Assembly: GCA_963841435.1 (NCBI GenBank)
Contig: CAWJCS010000002.1
Span: forward strand, 288,001 to 352,000
Direction of reading: 5' to 3'
Source: an uncultured delta proteobacterium
GTDB taxonomy: Bacteria > Myxococcota_A > Polyangia > Polyangiales > Polyangiaceae
Length of the DNA stretch: 64,000 nt
A program made the translations under genes and the position numbers. Each line of letters begins with the position of its first letter. Positions within the stretch are counted from its first letter, which is position 1. Below are positions 20,724 through 30,728 of the stretch, piece by piece. Under the pieces are notes generated by a model. It saw only the letters and a list, made by a program, of their open reading frames with translations. It did no database searches and had not been told where the DNA came from.

Positions 20724-22091
20724 ATGTCTCCCACTCGCTTTGTACGACCGACGCTCCGTGGGTGGATCGCGGTGCTGGCCGTCTCCACCCTGGCTTCCTG
20801 CTCATCTCCGAGCGACGAGGTGATAGGTGCAGGTGGAGGCACGGCGGCCGCCGCTGGATCCTCGGGCGCGTCGGGATCTGGCGGGAGCTTCGCCGGCGGC
20901 ACCGGTGGCGGCGCCGGTTTTGCCGGGACCAGTGGATCGAGCGCAAGCGGCGGATCGAGCGCAAGCGGCGGGTCGAGCGGAGCGGCGGGTAGCACGGCCG
21001 GGGGCGGTGCGTCGGGCAACGGGGGCATGGCCGGCCGCGCGGGATCGGGCGGCAACGACGCGGGAGCCGCGGGCACACTCAATGCGGGTGGCGTGGGCGG
21101 CTCTCGCGGCGGGGAGGCCGGCGGCGCTGGGGCGGGCGGCTCGCCCGGCGGAGCGGGCGGTTCGACCGGAGGTCTCGCAGGCGATGGTGGGGCGAGCGGG
21201 ACCGGGATGGGCGGACGACCGCCCCAGCTCGAGAAATTCGTCGGCAACATCGACACGCGCGGGCAAGTCCGGTCGGACCTCGCCATGTACTGGGACCAGA
21301 TCACGCCCGAGAACGCGGGGAAGTGGGGCTCGGTCGAGCGCACGAAGGATCAGATGAGCTGGTCGAGCCTCGACGCCATGCAGAGCTACGCGAAGGACCA
21401 CGGCATCCCCTTCAAGCAGCACAACTTCGTCTGGGGCAGCCAACAGCCGAGTTGGCTCAACGGCCTTTCGCAATCGGAGCAGCGCGCCCAGGTCGAGGAG
21501 TGGATTCGCCTCTACTGCGAGCGCTACCCGGATACGCCGCTCATCGACGTCGTCAACGAGCCCCCGCCCCATACCACGCCGCCCTACGTGGCCGCGCTCG
21601 GGGGCTCGGGCTCGAGCGGGTACGACTGGATCGCGCAGGCGTTCAAGTGGGCGCGTCAGTACTGTCCGAAGTCGATCCTGATCCTCAACGACTACAACAA
21701 CGTCGAGAACGCGAACGACAACAACCACACGATCGACATCGTGAAGAAGATCATGGCTGCGGGGGCGCCCATCGACGCCGTCGGGGCGCAGTCCCATGCG
21801 GTCACGAATCTGTCGGCGAGCACGGTGAAGGGGTACATCGACAAGATCACGTCCGAGACCGGGCTGCCGGTGTACGTCAGCGAATTCGACATCAACATCG
21901 CCGACGACACCAAGCAACAGCAGGTCATGCAGAGCCTGTTCACCATGTTCTGGCAGAACCCCAACGTGAAAGGGATCACGCTCTGGGGCTACATCGAGGG
22001 TTCGACATGGGAGGCCAACAGCGGGCTCATGAGCAGCAGCGGGCAAATGCGGCCCGCGATGACCTGGCTCATGGACTTCCTGGGGCGCTAG
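20724..22091 (+). CDS. GH10 endo-1,4-beta-xylanase lipoprotein with a Gly-rich stalk
   Basis: Lipobox LASC. QITPENAGKW, FKQHNFVWGSQQP, DVVNEP (acid/base), LILNDYN, VSEFD (nucleophile). Confidence 0.92.
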   Translation: MSPTRFVRPTLRGWIAVLAVSTLASCSSPSDEVIGAGGGTAAAAGSSGASGSGGSFAGGTGGGAGFAGTSGSSASGGSSASGGSSGAAGSTAGGGASGNGGMAGRAGSGGNDAGAAGTLNAGGVGGSRGGEAGGAGAGGSPGGAGGSTGGLAGDGGASGTGMGGRPPQLEKFVGNIDTRGQVRSDLAMYWDQITPENAGKWGSVERTKDQMSWSSLDAMQSYAKDHGIPFKQHNFVWGSQQPSWLNGLSQSEQRAQVEEWIRLYCERYPDTPLIDVVNEPPPHTTPPYVAALGGSGSSGYDWIAQAFKWARQYCPKSILILNDYNNVENANDNNHTIDIVKKIMAAGAPIDAVGAQSHAVTNLSASTVKGYIDKITSETGLPVYVSEFDINIADDTKQQQVMQSLFTMFWQNPNVKGITLWGYIEGSTWEANSGLMSSSGQMRPAMTWLMDFLGR

Positions 22092-22143
22092 CCGTGGCGA
22101 CGAGTCATTTACGTACCGGGCGCGGGTCGCGCAGAGGTTTCTC

Positions 22144-23499
22144 ATGAGGCATTCCCATTCGAGCTTTCATTTCATCACCTGCTCCGCCGCCCTCGTGGTC
22201 TCGTTCGGCTGCTCATCGCCCGGTGACGACGCGCAGCCGGGAACGGGTGGTTCGGGTCAGAGCGCTTCGGGAGGAACGGCCGGCTCGAGCGTTTCTGGCG
22301 GGGCAGGCGGCTCGGGCGGCGCCGGTGCGGTGGGCGGTGCGAGTGGCTCTGGTGGTGCGAGCGGTGCGAGTGGCTCTGGTGGTGCGAGCGGTGCGAGTGG
22401 CTCCGGTGGTGCGAGCGGTGCGGGTGGCTCTGGTGGTGCGAGCGGTGCGAGTGGCTCTGGTGGCGTCGCGGGCACGGCGGGATCGGACGCCTCCGGCGGC
22501 GCCGGGACGGCCGGGGCTGGGGGGGGCGGCGCCGGTGGTGGAGGGAACGGCGGAGCGGGTGCGGGTGGCGCGGGCTCGGGCGGCGACGCGGGAAAGGGTG
22601 GTGCCGGTGCTGGCGGAGCGAGCGGGGCGGGCGCGGGCGGAACCGGCGGCATGAGCTCGGGCATGTCCTCCGGTTGCGGGAAGGCGCCGACCATCGCGAG
22701 CAACATGTACAACAACGGCTCGCTCATCTCGATCACGGCCGCCAACATGCAGCGCCGGTACATCCTCAACGTGCCGGCCAACTACGACAACACCAAGCCG
22801 TACAAGCTCATCATTGCCTTTCATCAGCTCGATGGAAACGACAAGCAGATGTACGCGAACGGCTACTATCACCTGCTCAATCTGTCGAACAACGAAGCGA
22901 TCTTCGTGGCACCCAACGGGCAAAAGAACGGCTCGCCCTGTACGACGACTGGGAACGGAGACGGAGGATGCGGGTGGCCGAACTCGAGCAACTCGGATAT
23001 CGCTCTCGCCGATGCCGTCGTGGCTCAGATCGAGGAGAGCTTCTGCATCGATACGAATCGGATCTTCGCGACGGGCTGGAGCTACGGAGGCAGCATGTCG
23101 TACAAGACCGCCTGCGAGCGAGGGCTCGGCGGAACGAAGGGCGGCGTGGCCGGCTACATCCGTGGCATCGCCGTCTATTCGGGAGCCCAGCTCAGCGGCA
23201 ACTGCACCCCCACGACGCCGGTCGCCTACTACGGCTCGCACGGAACCTCGGATTCGGTGCTGAACTACGACGGCGGGGTGACGCTCTCCCACAACTTCGC
23301 CACCGCCAACAGCTGCACCTGGGCGACGCCCACCAAAGCGACGAGTGGTCACGTCTGTACGGACGTTGCGGGATGCGCGAACGGCTATCCCGTGAAGTTC
23401 TGCTCCTTCGTCGGTGACCACACGCCCGACCCCAGAGACAACGGTCAGCAGACCAGCTGGGAGTATCAAATGGCCTGGGACTTCATCAGCCAGTTCTGA
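22144..23499 (+). CDS. alpha/beta-hydrolase esterase lipoprotein (CE1/LpqC/PHB-depolymerase-like; possible feruloyl or acetylxylan esterase)
   Basis: Lipobox SFGC, Gly stalk, CIDTNRIFATGWSYGG (GxSxG), HGTSD, GDH. Confidence 0.8.
   Translation: MRHSHSSFHFITCSAALVVSFGCSSPGDDAQPGTGGSGQSASGGTAGSSVSGGAGGSGGAGAVGGASGSGGASGASGSGGASGASGSGGASGAGGSGGASGASGSGGVAGTAGSDASGGAGTAGAGGGGAGGGGNGGAGAGGAGSGGDAGKGGAGAGGASGAGAGGTGGMSSGMSSGCGKAPTIASNMYNNGSLISITAANMQRRYILNVPANYDNTKPYKLIIAFHQLDGNDKQMYANGYYHLLNLSNNEAIFVAPNGQKNGSPCTTTGNGDGGCGWPNSSNSDIALADAVVAQIEESFCIDTNRIFATGWSYGGSMSYKTACERGLGGTKGGVAGYIRGIAVYSGAQLSGNCTPTTPVAYYGSHGTSDSVLNYDGGVTLSHNFATANSCTWATPTKATSGHVCTDVAGCANGYPVKFCSFVGDHTPDPRDNGQQTSWEYQMAWDFISQF
22336..22461. 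repeat. 27-bp tandem repeat (~4.7 copies) encoding GASGSGGAS
   Basis: Unit GGTGCGAGTGGCTCTGGTGGTGCGAGC with single-base variants. Confidence 0.85.
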
Positions 23500-23784
23500 G
23501 GCGTCTTCTCGAACCGCTCGATCCGCGACGCGCCCGAAGGCACCACCGCCCGTGGTGATCAGGCGCCTGCCCCGCGGGAATACCTCGAGCGGTGGTGCCA
23601 AGCGCCAGCGCGGGGCCACCTGACGGTGCGCCCAACCCACTGTTTTCTTTGCAAATTGGTTCCAGGCCCTCCCATGGGCGCAACTTTTGAACGATCTTTT
23701 TTCTGCCCCTCGAACCGGGTTCCGTTCGTCAGAACTCGTGCTACACAAAATGCTCTTCAACCAAATCGCATCGGAGCCCTAATC

Positions 23785-24363
23785 ATGTCGTTCGCTTGCA
23801 GCCGGAAGGACTTTCTCACTCTGCTCGCTGGGTCGAGCACCCTGGTGATGCTCGGTTGCTCGAGTAACTCGGACGACGACAGCAGCACGGGCGGTGGCGC
23901 GGGCACAGGCGCTACCGGCACCGGCGGCGCTGGTGGCACGGGCGGCGGCGCCGGCACGGGCGGAACTGGCGGCGTCGGCGGAACTGGCGGCGTCGGCGGA
24001 ACTGGCGGCGTCGGTGGAACTGGCGGCGTCGGTGGAACTGGCGGCGTCGGTGGAACTGGCGGCGTCGGTGGAACTGGCGGCGTCGGCGGAACCGGCGGCG
24101 TCGGTGGAACTGGCGGCGTCGGTGGAACTGGCGGCGTCGGCGGAACCGGCGGTGTCGGCGGAACCGGCGGCGTCGGTGGAACTGGCGGCGTTGGCGGAAC
24201 TGGTGGCGTTGGCGGAACCGGCGGTGGAGCCGGCGGAACTGGCGGCGCCGGCGGAACCGGCGGCGGAGCCGGCGGCGTCGGCGGAGCCGGTGCCGGTGGA
24301 CGCGCTGGCGGGGGCGGACGCGGCGGCGCGGGACGCGGCGGCGCGGGAAGCGGCGGCGCGTAG
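23785..24363 (+). CDS. Tat-like lipoprotein consisting only of a Gly-rich (GGTGGV)n chain
   Basis: RBS GGAG. MSFACSRKDFLTLL...MLGC, then Gly repeats to the stop with no folded domain. Confidence 0.75.
   Translation: MSFACSRKDFLTLLAGSSTLVMLGCSSNSDDDSSTGGGAGTGATGTGGAGGTGGGAGTGGTGGVGGTGGVGGTGGVGGTGGVGGTGGVGGTGGVGGTGGVGGTGGVGGTGGVGGTGGVGGTGGVGGTGGVGGTGGVGGTGGVGGTGGGAGGTGGAGGTGGGAGGVGGAGAGGRAGGGGRGGAGRGGAGSGGA
23959..24210. repeat. 18-bp tandem repeat x14 encoding GGTGGV
   Basis: Unit GG(C/T)GGAAC(T/C)GG(C/T)GG(C/T)GT(C/T); 252 bp = 14 units. Confidence 0.95.
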
Positions 24364-24548
24364 ACCCGGCGATCACGGCACGGCTTCAGGGGCGTGGATT
24401 TTCACGCTCCTGAAGCGCGGCGGCACAGTGCGACAAGCGGCAGAACGTCGCGCGTCCCTGCGGCTCGGAGCCCGAGCTTTTAGGGTGTGCGCGAGGTTGC
24501 TTTCCGTTCGCTCGCCGCACTTCAACCAACCGCAACGGAGCCCCAGTC

Positions 24549-24680
24549 ATGCCGTTCGCTTGCAGTCGTATGGACTTTCTCACCTTGCTCGCCGGGTCGA
24601 GCACGCTCGCGATGCTCGGATGCTCGAGCGATGAATCGAGCGGCAGTGGCACGGGCGGCGGCGCTGGGACTCTGGCGGGC
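24549..24680 (+). pseudogene. degenerate duplicate of the 23785 leader and linker start
   Basis: MPFACSRMDFLTLLAGSSTLAMLGCSSDESSGSGTGGGAG closely matches the 23785 N-terminus. The frame then runs antisense into the GT2 gene. Confidence 0.65.
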
Positions 24681-24752
24681 ACGCGATCCGACCTGAGCGG
24701 CGGCAGCGCTAAAAGACGACCACTTCACGGAACCGCGCGGCGCCGAGGCAGC

Positions 24753-25895
24753 TCAAGCCCCGAGCTTCTTCAGCGTGTGCGCGAGGTTCCCTTCGATGCG
24801 CGCGAGGTCGCCCGGCGGCACGGAAACGCCCCCTCTCCGTACGCGCAAGATCACCGTCTCGCACGCCTCTTTGGAGGCGGCGTAGTCGCCGACCCAGTAC
24901 GCGGCGACGCCCAGCTCGTCGAGGATCCGCCAGTCGTAGACCTCCTGTGAGAGGAACAGCAAGTCGTCCGGGCGCTCGATTTCGACCGCCGTCCTCGCGA
25001 AGATGTACGCCTTGCCGTATTGCCCCTTCAGGCGGAAGTAGCACGCCAGGTCGTGGAGCGGTTCGATGCGCGTCGGCCGCAAGTTGAACGCGTCGAGGTA
25101 CTCGGAGAGCACCACTTCCTCGGGCATCTCCAAGAGGAGCGAAAGTCTCGCCGCCTCGAGCTGAGCCACGAACGTCTCTTCGACCCAGCCCGTCATCGAG
25201 ACGCGCTTCTTGTACTCGGCGTAGGCCTTCTCGCGGTGACCGGCGTCCCGGTACGATTGTGCGAGGTAGAACTGACTGCGCGCGTTGTTCGGGTTCTCTT
25301 TCAGGTCGTCTTCGAGCAGCTTGGCGTCGCGCAGGTACTTCTGTTCCTGCGTCATGCCGTGTGACTTTGCGCCCTCGCCCGCGTGGTAAATGATCCAGAC
25401 GTCGGTTCGCGTTGGGCGGTGCTTGGGGCCCTCGAGGGTGAGCAGATAGTTGTGCACGGGCCCTTCCCACTTGAAGCGCGAAGCCTTGATATTCACCAGG
25501 TGGGGAACGACGTAGCGCGTGCCGCCGTGGCGCTTTTCGATTTCGTAGCTCACCCCTGGCTCGAGCTTTTCGTAGAATTTGGGGTCACTCACGCCGAGCT
25601 CTTCGTCGGCGTCGATGAAGAGCAGCCAGTCTGCCTTGCCCGCCGCGACGGCGAGCGAAAGAGCCTGCTGGCGGTTGACGCCGAAGTTGACCCAAGGTCG
25701 CTCGTGGACCTCCCCGTCGATGCCGTAGCCACTCATCTCACGCTCGATGAGCGCGATCGTGTCGTCGGTCGAACCGGTGTCGACGATGACGTAGTAGTCA
25801 ATGTAGTCCTTGACCGAGCGAAACAGGCGCGGAAGCACCTCGGTTTCGTTCTTGACGATCATGCAGAGGCAGATGTTCGTGCGCGGGCGGGTCAT
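24753..25895 (-). CDS. GT2 glycosyltransferase with TPR-like C-terminus
   Basis: ICLCMIVKNE, IVDTGSTDDT, FIDADE, WEGPVH, RSQFYLAQSYRD, EPLHDLACY. Confidence 0.9.
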   Translation of the reverse strand: MTRPRTNICLCMIVKNETEVLPRLFRSVKDYIDYYVIVDTGSTDDTIALIEREMSGYGIDGEVHERPWVNFGVNRQQALSLAVAAGKADWLLFIDADEELGVSDPKFYEKLEPGVSYEIEKRHGGTRYVVPHLVNIKASRFKWEGPVHNYLLTLEGPKHRPTRTDVWIIYHAGEGAKSHGMTQEQKYLRDAKLLEDDLKENPNNARSQFYLAQSYRDAGHREKAYAEYKKRVSMTGWVEETFVAQLEAARLSLLLEMPEEVVLSEYLDAFNLRPTRIEPLHDLACYFRLKGQYGKAYIFARTAVEIERPDDLLFLSQEVYDWRILDELGVAAYWVGDYAASKEACETVILRVRRGGVSVPPGDLARIEGNLAHTLKKLGA

Positions 25896-26338
25896 CGAGC
25901 GTGCGAAAGGTGGGTGCCGTAGCGACCCGGTCGTGCTTGCCGACAATCGCCCAAGTCGCCGGACCCGCCAAGGGATTCGCCGGGTCGCGCTCGCTCCGCG
26001 TGTCGGGACGCCTGCGAACAGGGCTCGGCAGTCTGCGCGCCGATGCGCAACACGCACGCTTGGACTCGGCACGGAGGCCTTCGTCCCCGGAGTAGGGCGC
26101 GGCCTCGCGCACCGTCCGACGCCAGCCCGACGCACGCGCTCGGGCAGCTCGGGCGACCGTTCGCTCGGTGGGTGGATTTGCCAAGGACGAGGCGCGGGAG
26201 GTTTCCCCGCGTGCCTCGCCGGGGAGCATCTTGGCTCCAGCTTAGCGGAAAAATTGTGTTATCGACGGAATTCGTTCGCTCCGTGCCGAGCTACCCGTCT
26301 CCTACTAAGGTCTTCTTTTGCCAAATGCAGGACCACTT

Positions 26339-28835
26339 ATGAGAATGCGATCCGCGCTCGACATCGCAAGACCGAGGGAAGCTCGCGGCGCCAGGCCCGA
26401 AAGCGCAAGGGCGCGGGGGCTGTTGCGCGGCTCGATCGCGCTCGCGGTCCTGTGCGCCACGGGGGTGGCGAACGCGCAGACCCTCACCGTGGATGCGTCC
26501 AACAGTCCGAGTGGCAATCCGCACTTCTGGTCGACCTGCGTGGGTACCGGAACGGCGAGCCTGACTCTGCGAGCGGATCTGCAGACGCACTACAAGCTTG
26601 CAAACCGCGAGCTTGGCATGCAGCGCGTGCGAGGCCACGGCCTCCTCAACGACGACATGGGGATCTTCCACTGGTCGGGCGGTAGCGCGACGCCGACCTA
26701 CGACTGGTCGAAGTTCGACACGTATTTGGATGCGATCGCCGCGGCGGGAATGAGGCCGGCCATCGAGCTGAGCTTCATGCCCACGGATCTCGCCCAATCA
26801 GGCAATAGCCGCGACGTGGCGAAGGACCTCAACGTCTACAAGCAATTCATCCAGGCCGTGGTTCAGCACGCCGTGGACAGGTTCGGCGCGAGTGACGTGG
26901 GCGAGTGGTACTGGGAAGTGTGGAACGAGCCGAACTATTCAGGCTTCTGGAACGGCACGATGGACGACTACTTCGCCATGTACGATGCCGCCGCCGCCGG
27001 CGCCACCGCCGTGCTTCCCAACATCATGATCGGTGGACCCGTGACCACTCAGGGGTCGACCACCCAGATGACGCAGTTTCTACAACACGTGAAGACCTCG
27101 GGCGCGCGGGTGACCTTCCTCTCGTCTCATGCCTATCCGGGCGGTGCGGGTGCGAGCGCGAGCGCCACCTTCGGCGTCAGCGACAACGACGGCCGGGTCG
27201 GCGTCATCACGGGCCAAGGCTATACGACTGCCCAGCTCGAGTCGGTCAACAGCGAGTGGAACTCGGCGTATACGGGTCAGGGGGGCAACATGGCCGACAA
27301 CAACGTCAGCATGGACAGCCACGTGAACGCCCCGTTCATCCTCAAATCGGTCAAGTTACTCGCCGATCAGGTCAAGGGTGACACGCCGCCGCTGTCCATC
27401 TTCTCGTACTGGGTGATCTCGGACGTGTTCGGTGAGTACAGCGGCGACGCGGGTTCCTACATTCAGTCGCAAGGCGGGGGGACGCTTCCGTTCGGCCAGG
27501 TCTTCGGCCTGATGACCTACCAGGGCGTGCGCAAGGCCGGCTTCAACGCCTTCAAGATGCTCGATCTCACCGGCTCGAAGCGCCTGTCGGTGACCGGGGG
27601 CAAGGGCAACAGCGACGGAGTTGACGCGATGGCGACCATCAACGCCGACGACAGCGAGGTCGCTATCATCGTTTACAACTACTACGCGACCATCGCCACG
27701 ACCGGTTCCGACAACGTGACCGTGAACGTGAACAACCTGCCCTTCGCCGGAAAAGACATCTTCGTCACTCAATTTGCCGTCGACGACGCGCACAGCAATC
27801 CGTACGGCGTCTGGGTCAGCCAGGGCAAACCCAACAATCCGACGGAGGCGCAGTGGCAGGCCATGCGCCAGGCCCAACATTTGGCGCTGGCCACGCCGGT
27901 GACGACCATGGCCGGCAGTGCCACGTACTCCACGATGTTGGCGATGCCCAGGCAAGGAGCGAAAATGATCCTCCTTAGCTTGAAACGCCCCGTGACGGGT
28001 CGCAACGCACTCGTCGAGATCGAGGGCGAGGATTACGACGGCCAGTCCGGTGCGACCAAAGAGGACAGCAACGACACCAGTATGGGGCAGTCCATCGCCG
28101 GCACGGGCGGCGGCTACGTCTTCTTCGACGACGTGGATTTCAGCGACGCCGGCGTTGACACCGTTCAACTGCGCGTCAATGCGCAGGCCGCGACGACCCT
28201 GGCGCTCCACGCGGATACGCAGGACGGCACGCTGCTCGGCACGTGTGATGTGGCAGCCACGGGCGGGCAGTGGGCGACGCAGCCGTGCACCCTCACGCAG
28301 ACGATGGGCGTTCACACGTTGTATGCCGTCTTTGGCGCCGCTCTGCGCCTCAACTGGCTGAAGTTCGAGCCGGCCGGTGGCAGCGTTGGCACCGGCGGGG
28401 CCGGGGGCGTCGGTGGTGCTGGAGCTGGCATGGGTGGCGATGCCGGCGGTGGCATGACGTTCGAGCGGCGGTAGCGCGGGGATGCCGAACGGTGGCACCG
28501 CGGGCACTCCCGGTGGAGGAAGCCCAGCGACGGGCGGCGCCACGTCCGGGACCGGAGGCTCGGTCGCCGCGAGCGGCGGCGCGTCCGCGGCCGGTGGAAG
28601 TCCCGCCGCGGGTGGCTCGGCGCCCATGGGCGGCGTTGGTACGGGGGGCGCCACGGCCGCAGGCGGGGCGACCACGGCCGGTACGGGCGGTCCCGGCGCA
28701 GTAGGCGGCAAAAGTAGCGATTCTGGCGGATGCGGCTGCCGTCTGGCGCCCGACCGAACATCGCCGTTCGGGCGGCTCGCTCTCCCGGGACTCGCCGTGC
28801 TCGGGCTGTTGTTGCGCCGCCGCCGGCAACGCTGA
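26339..28835 (+). CDS. GH39 beta-xylosidase-like + CBM6 + Gly stalk + MYXO-CTERM-like anchor (one +1 frameshift at 28460-28461)
   Basis: Signal ...VANA|QT. VRGHGLL, IELSFMP, EVWNEP, NSEWN. CBM6-like EIEGEDYD...VDF...GGQW...LNWLKF. Removing one T joins the second ORF, which ends SGGCGC + TM + RRRRQR. Confidence 0.85.
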
Positions 28836-28897
28836 TCGGCGACCGTCGAGCCCGCGCACGCGTTCGCTCACTCCGTCCGATTCCTTCAGAGGATCTC

Positions 28898-30659
28898 ATG
28901 CGACTCATCCCCACCCTGTGTGCGGCAACTCTACTGCTCGCCGCCTGCTCGAACTCGGGCTCCGACGGCGGGTCCACGGGAGGCGCGAGCGCCACCGCGG
29001 GCTCGAGCAGTGCGACCGGCGGAAGCGACCCGGGCGCCGGCATCGGGGGACGGTCGGGCTCTTCCGGCGACACGTCGGGCTCGGGCGGATCGCAGACGGG
29101 AGGCGCGGCGGGCATGGGGGCGTCCCCGAGCGGCGGGAGCGCGGGCAGCTCGGGCGGTGGCGGTATGTCTGCGAGTGGCGGGATGCCTGCCGGCGGGGGC
29201 GGCGTGTCGTCGGGCGGCACGGCCGGAGCGGCAGGCAGCGGTCAGGGTGGCGGTAGCGGTGCCGGTGGTGACGCGGGGATAGGCCCCGGGGGAAGCGGTG
29301 GGGGCGTCGATTTCGTTCAACCCGAGCTCGTCACCTCGGCGGACGGGGCGTACTGGGTGACCACCGGGACGCTCACCGAAGTCGCGACGGGGACGGCCGA
29401 TGTGACGGTCAACGACGCTTCACCGGCTCAAACCTGGGAGGGCTTCGGCGGATCGTTCAACGAGAAAGGCTGGACCTACCTTTCGATGCTCAGCGAGGCC
29501 GACAGAACCAAAGCTCTGGGGCTTCTGTTCGGAAGAGATGGTCTGAACTTCACTCTGGGCCGGATCCCGATGGGGGCGAGCGACTACGCGACGGACCGCT
29601 ACACGCTCGACGAAGTGCCCATGGGCCAGACCGATCTCACGATGGCAAGCTTCTCGGTCACTCGCGACCAACAGCTGCTCATCCCGTTCGTCAAGGCGGC
29701 CGCGCTCGTGAAGGGCGACATCCATTTCCTGGGCTAGCCCGTGGTCGCCGCCAACCTGGATGAAAGACGGTCCGTTCAACGACTCCTCGCCGTTCGACGG
29801 TGGCACGATGAAGACGGACGATGCCACGCTGGGCGCGCTCGCGCAGTACTTCGTCAAGTTCGTGCAAGCGTACGCTGAGGAGGGGATCACCATCGAGGTG
29901 GTCTCGCCCCAGAACGAGCCAGGCTACAGCGGAACCTATCCGACCTGCGCGTGGGCTCCGGCGACCTACGCGAAGTTCGTCGGCCTGCATCTCGCTCCCG
30001 CCCTTACTGCCGCCAGTCTCGACACGAAGATCATGCTCGGCACGTTCAACGGCGGCACGGGGGACACGTCGATCATCAGCACCGTGATGGGTGACGCCAC
30101 CGCGGGCGGCGAGATCGCCGTCCTTGGCTATCAATGGGGCATGCAGGGCAGCGTCAACGCCGACAAGAAGTACAATCGGCCCATCTGGCAGACGGAGCAC
30201 ATGTGCGGGAACTACCCGTGGCTGACTCCGTTCAACGCTACGGTCGCACCCAACGACCATGCGTACGCCGTCGAGAGCTGGGGCCTCGTGCGAGATTGGA
30301 TCCGCGCGGGCGTCACGGCCTACAGCGTCTGGAACATGGTCCTCGATACCGTGGGCAACGGGATCGATTCGATGCGCGTCTGGCCTCAGGACGCGCTCTT
30401 GACGGTCGACACGACGACGAAGATGCTAACCGTCACGCCGGCCTACTACGTCTTCCGTCACTTTTCCCAGTTCGTAGAACCGGGCGCCAGCGTGGTGGCG
30501 ACGAGCGGCGGTGACGCGATGGCTTTCAAGAACCCCGACGGCAAGCTCGTCACGATCATGTACAACTCGGGTGGTGCGAAGACGTACACGGTCGCAGTCG
30601 GCGGCAAGACGCTCCAGTTCCAGATGCCGGGTTCCGGGTGGGCGACCGTCTTTCGCTGA
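28898..30659 (+). CDS. GH30 glycoside hydrolase lipoprotein (one +1 frameshift at 29728-29729)
   Basis: Lipobox LAAC, Gly stalk, GFGGSFNE, GRIPMGASDY. CATTTCCTGGGCTAGCCCGTGG gives HFWASPW if one C is removed. Then QNEP, WQTEH, WNMVLD. Confidence 0.88.
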
Positions 30660-30728
30660 AGAATCGCCGAGACCGGGCGGGGTCTCACGCCGAATACTTC
30701 GGCCCTGAGCTTACGATGAGCCGTCGCA

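Noticed and set aside
23959-24210. Possible CRISPR array or non-coding repeat
   Set aside because: Head-to-tail 18-bp units with no spacers, in frame with synonymous variation, and no cas genes seen.
29735-29737. TAG readthrough or pyrrolysine in GH30
   Set aside because: The downstream half is in a different frame, so a frameshift explains it rather than readthrough.
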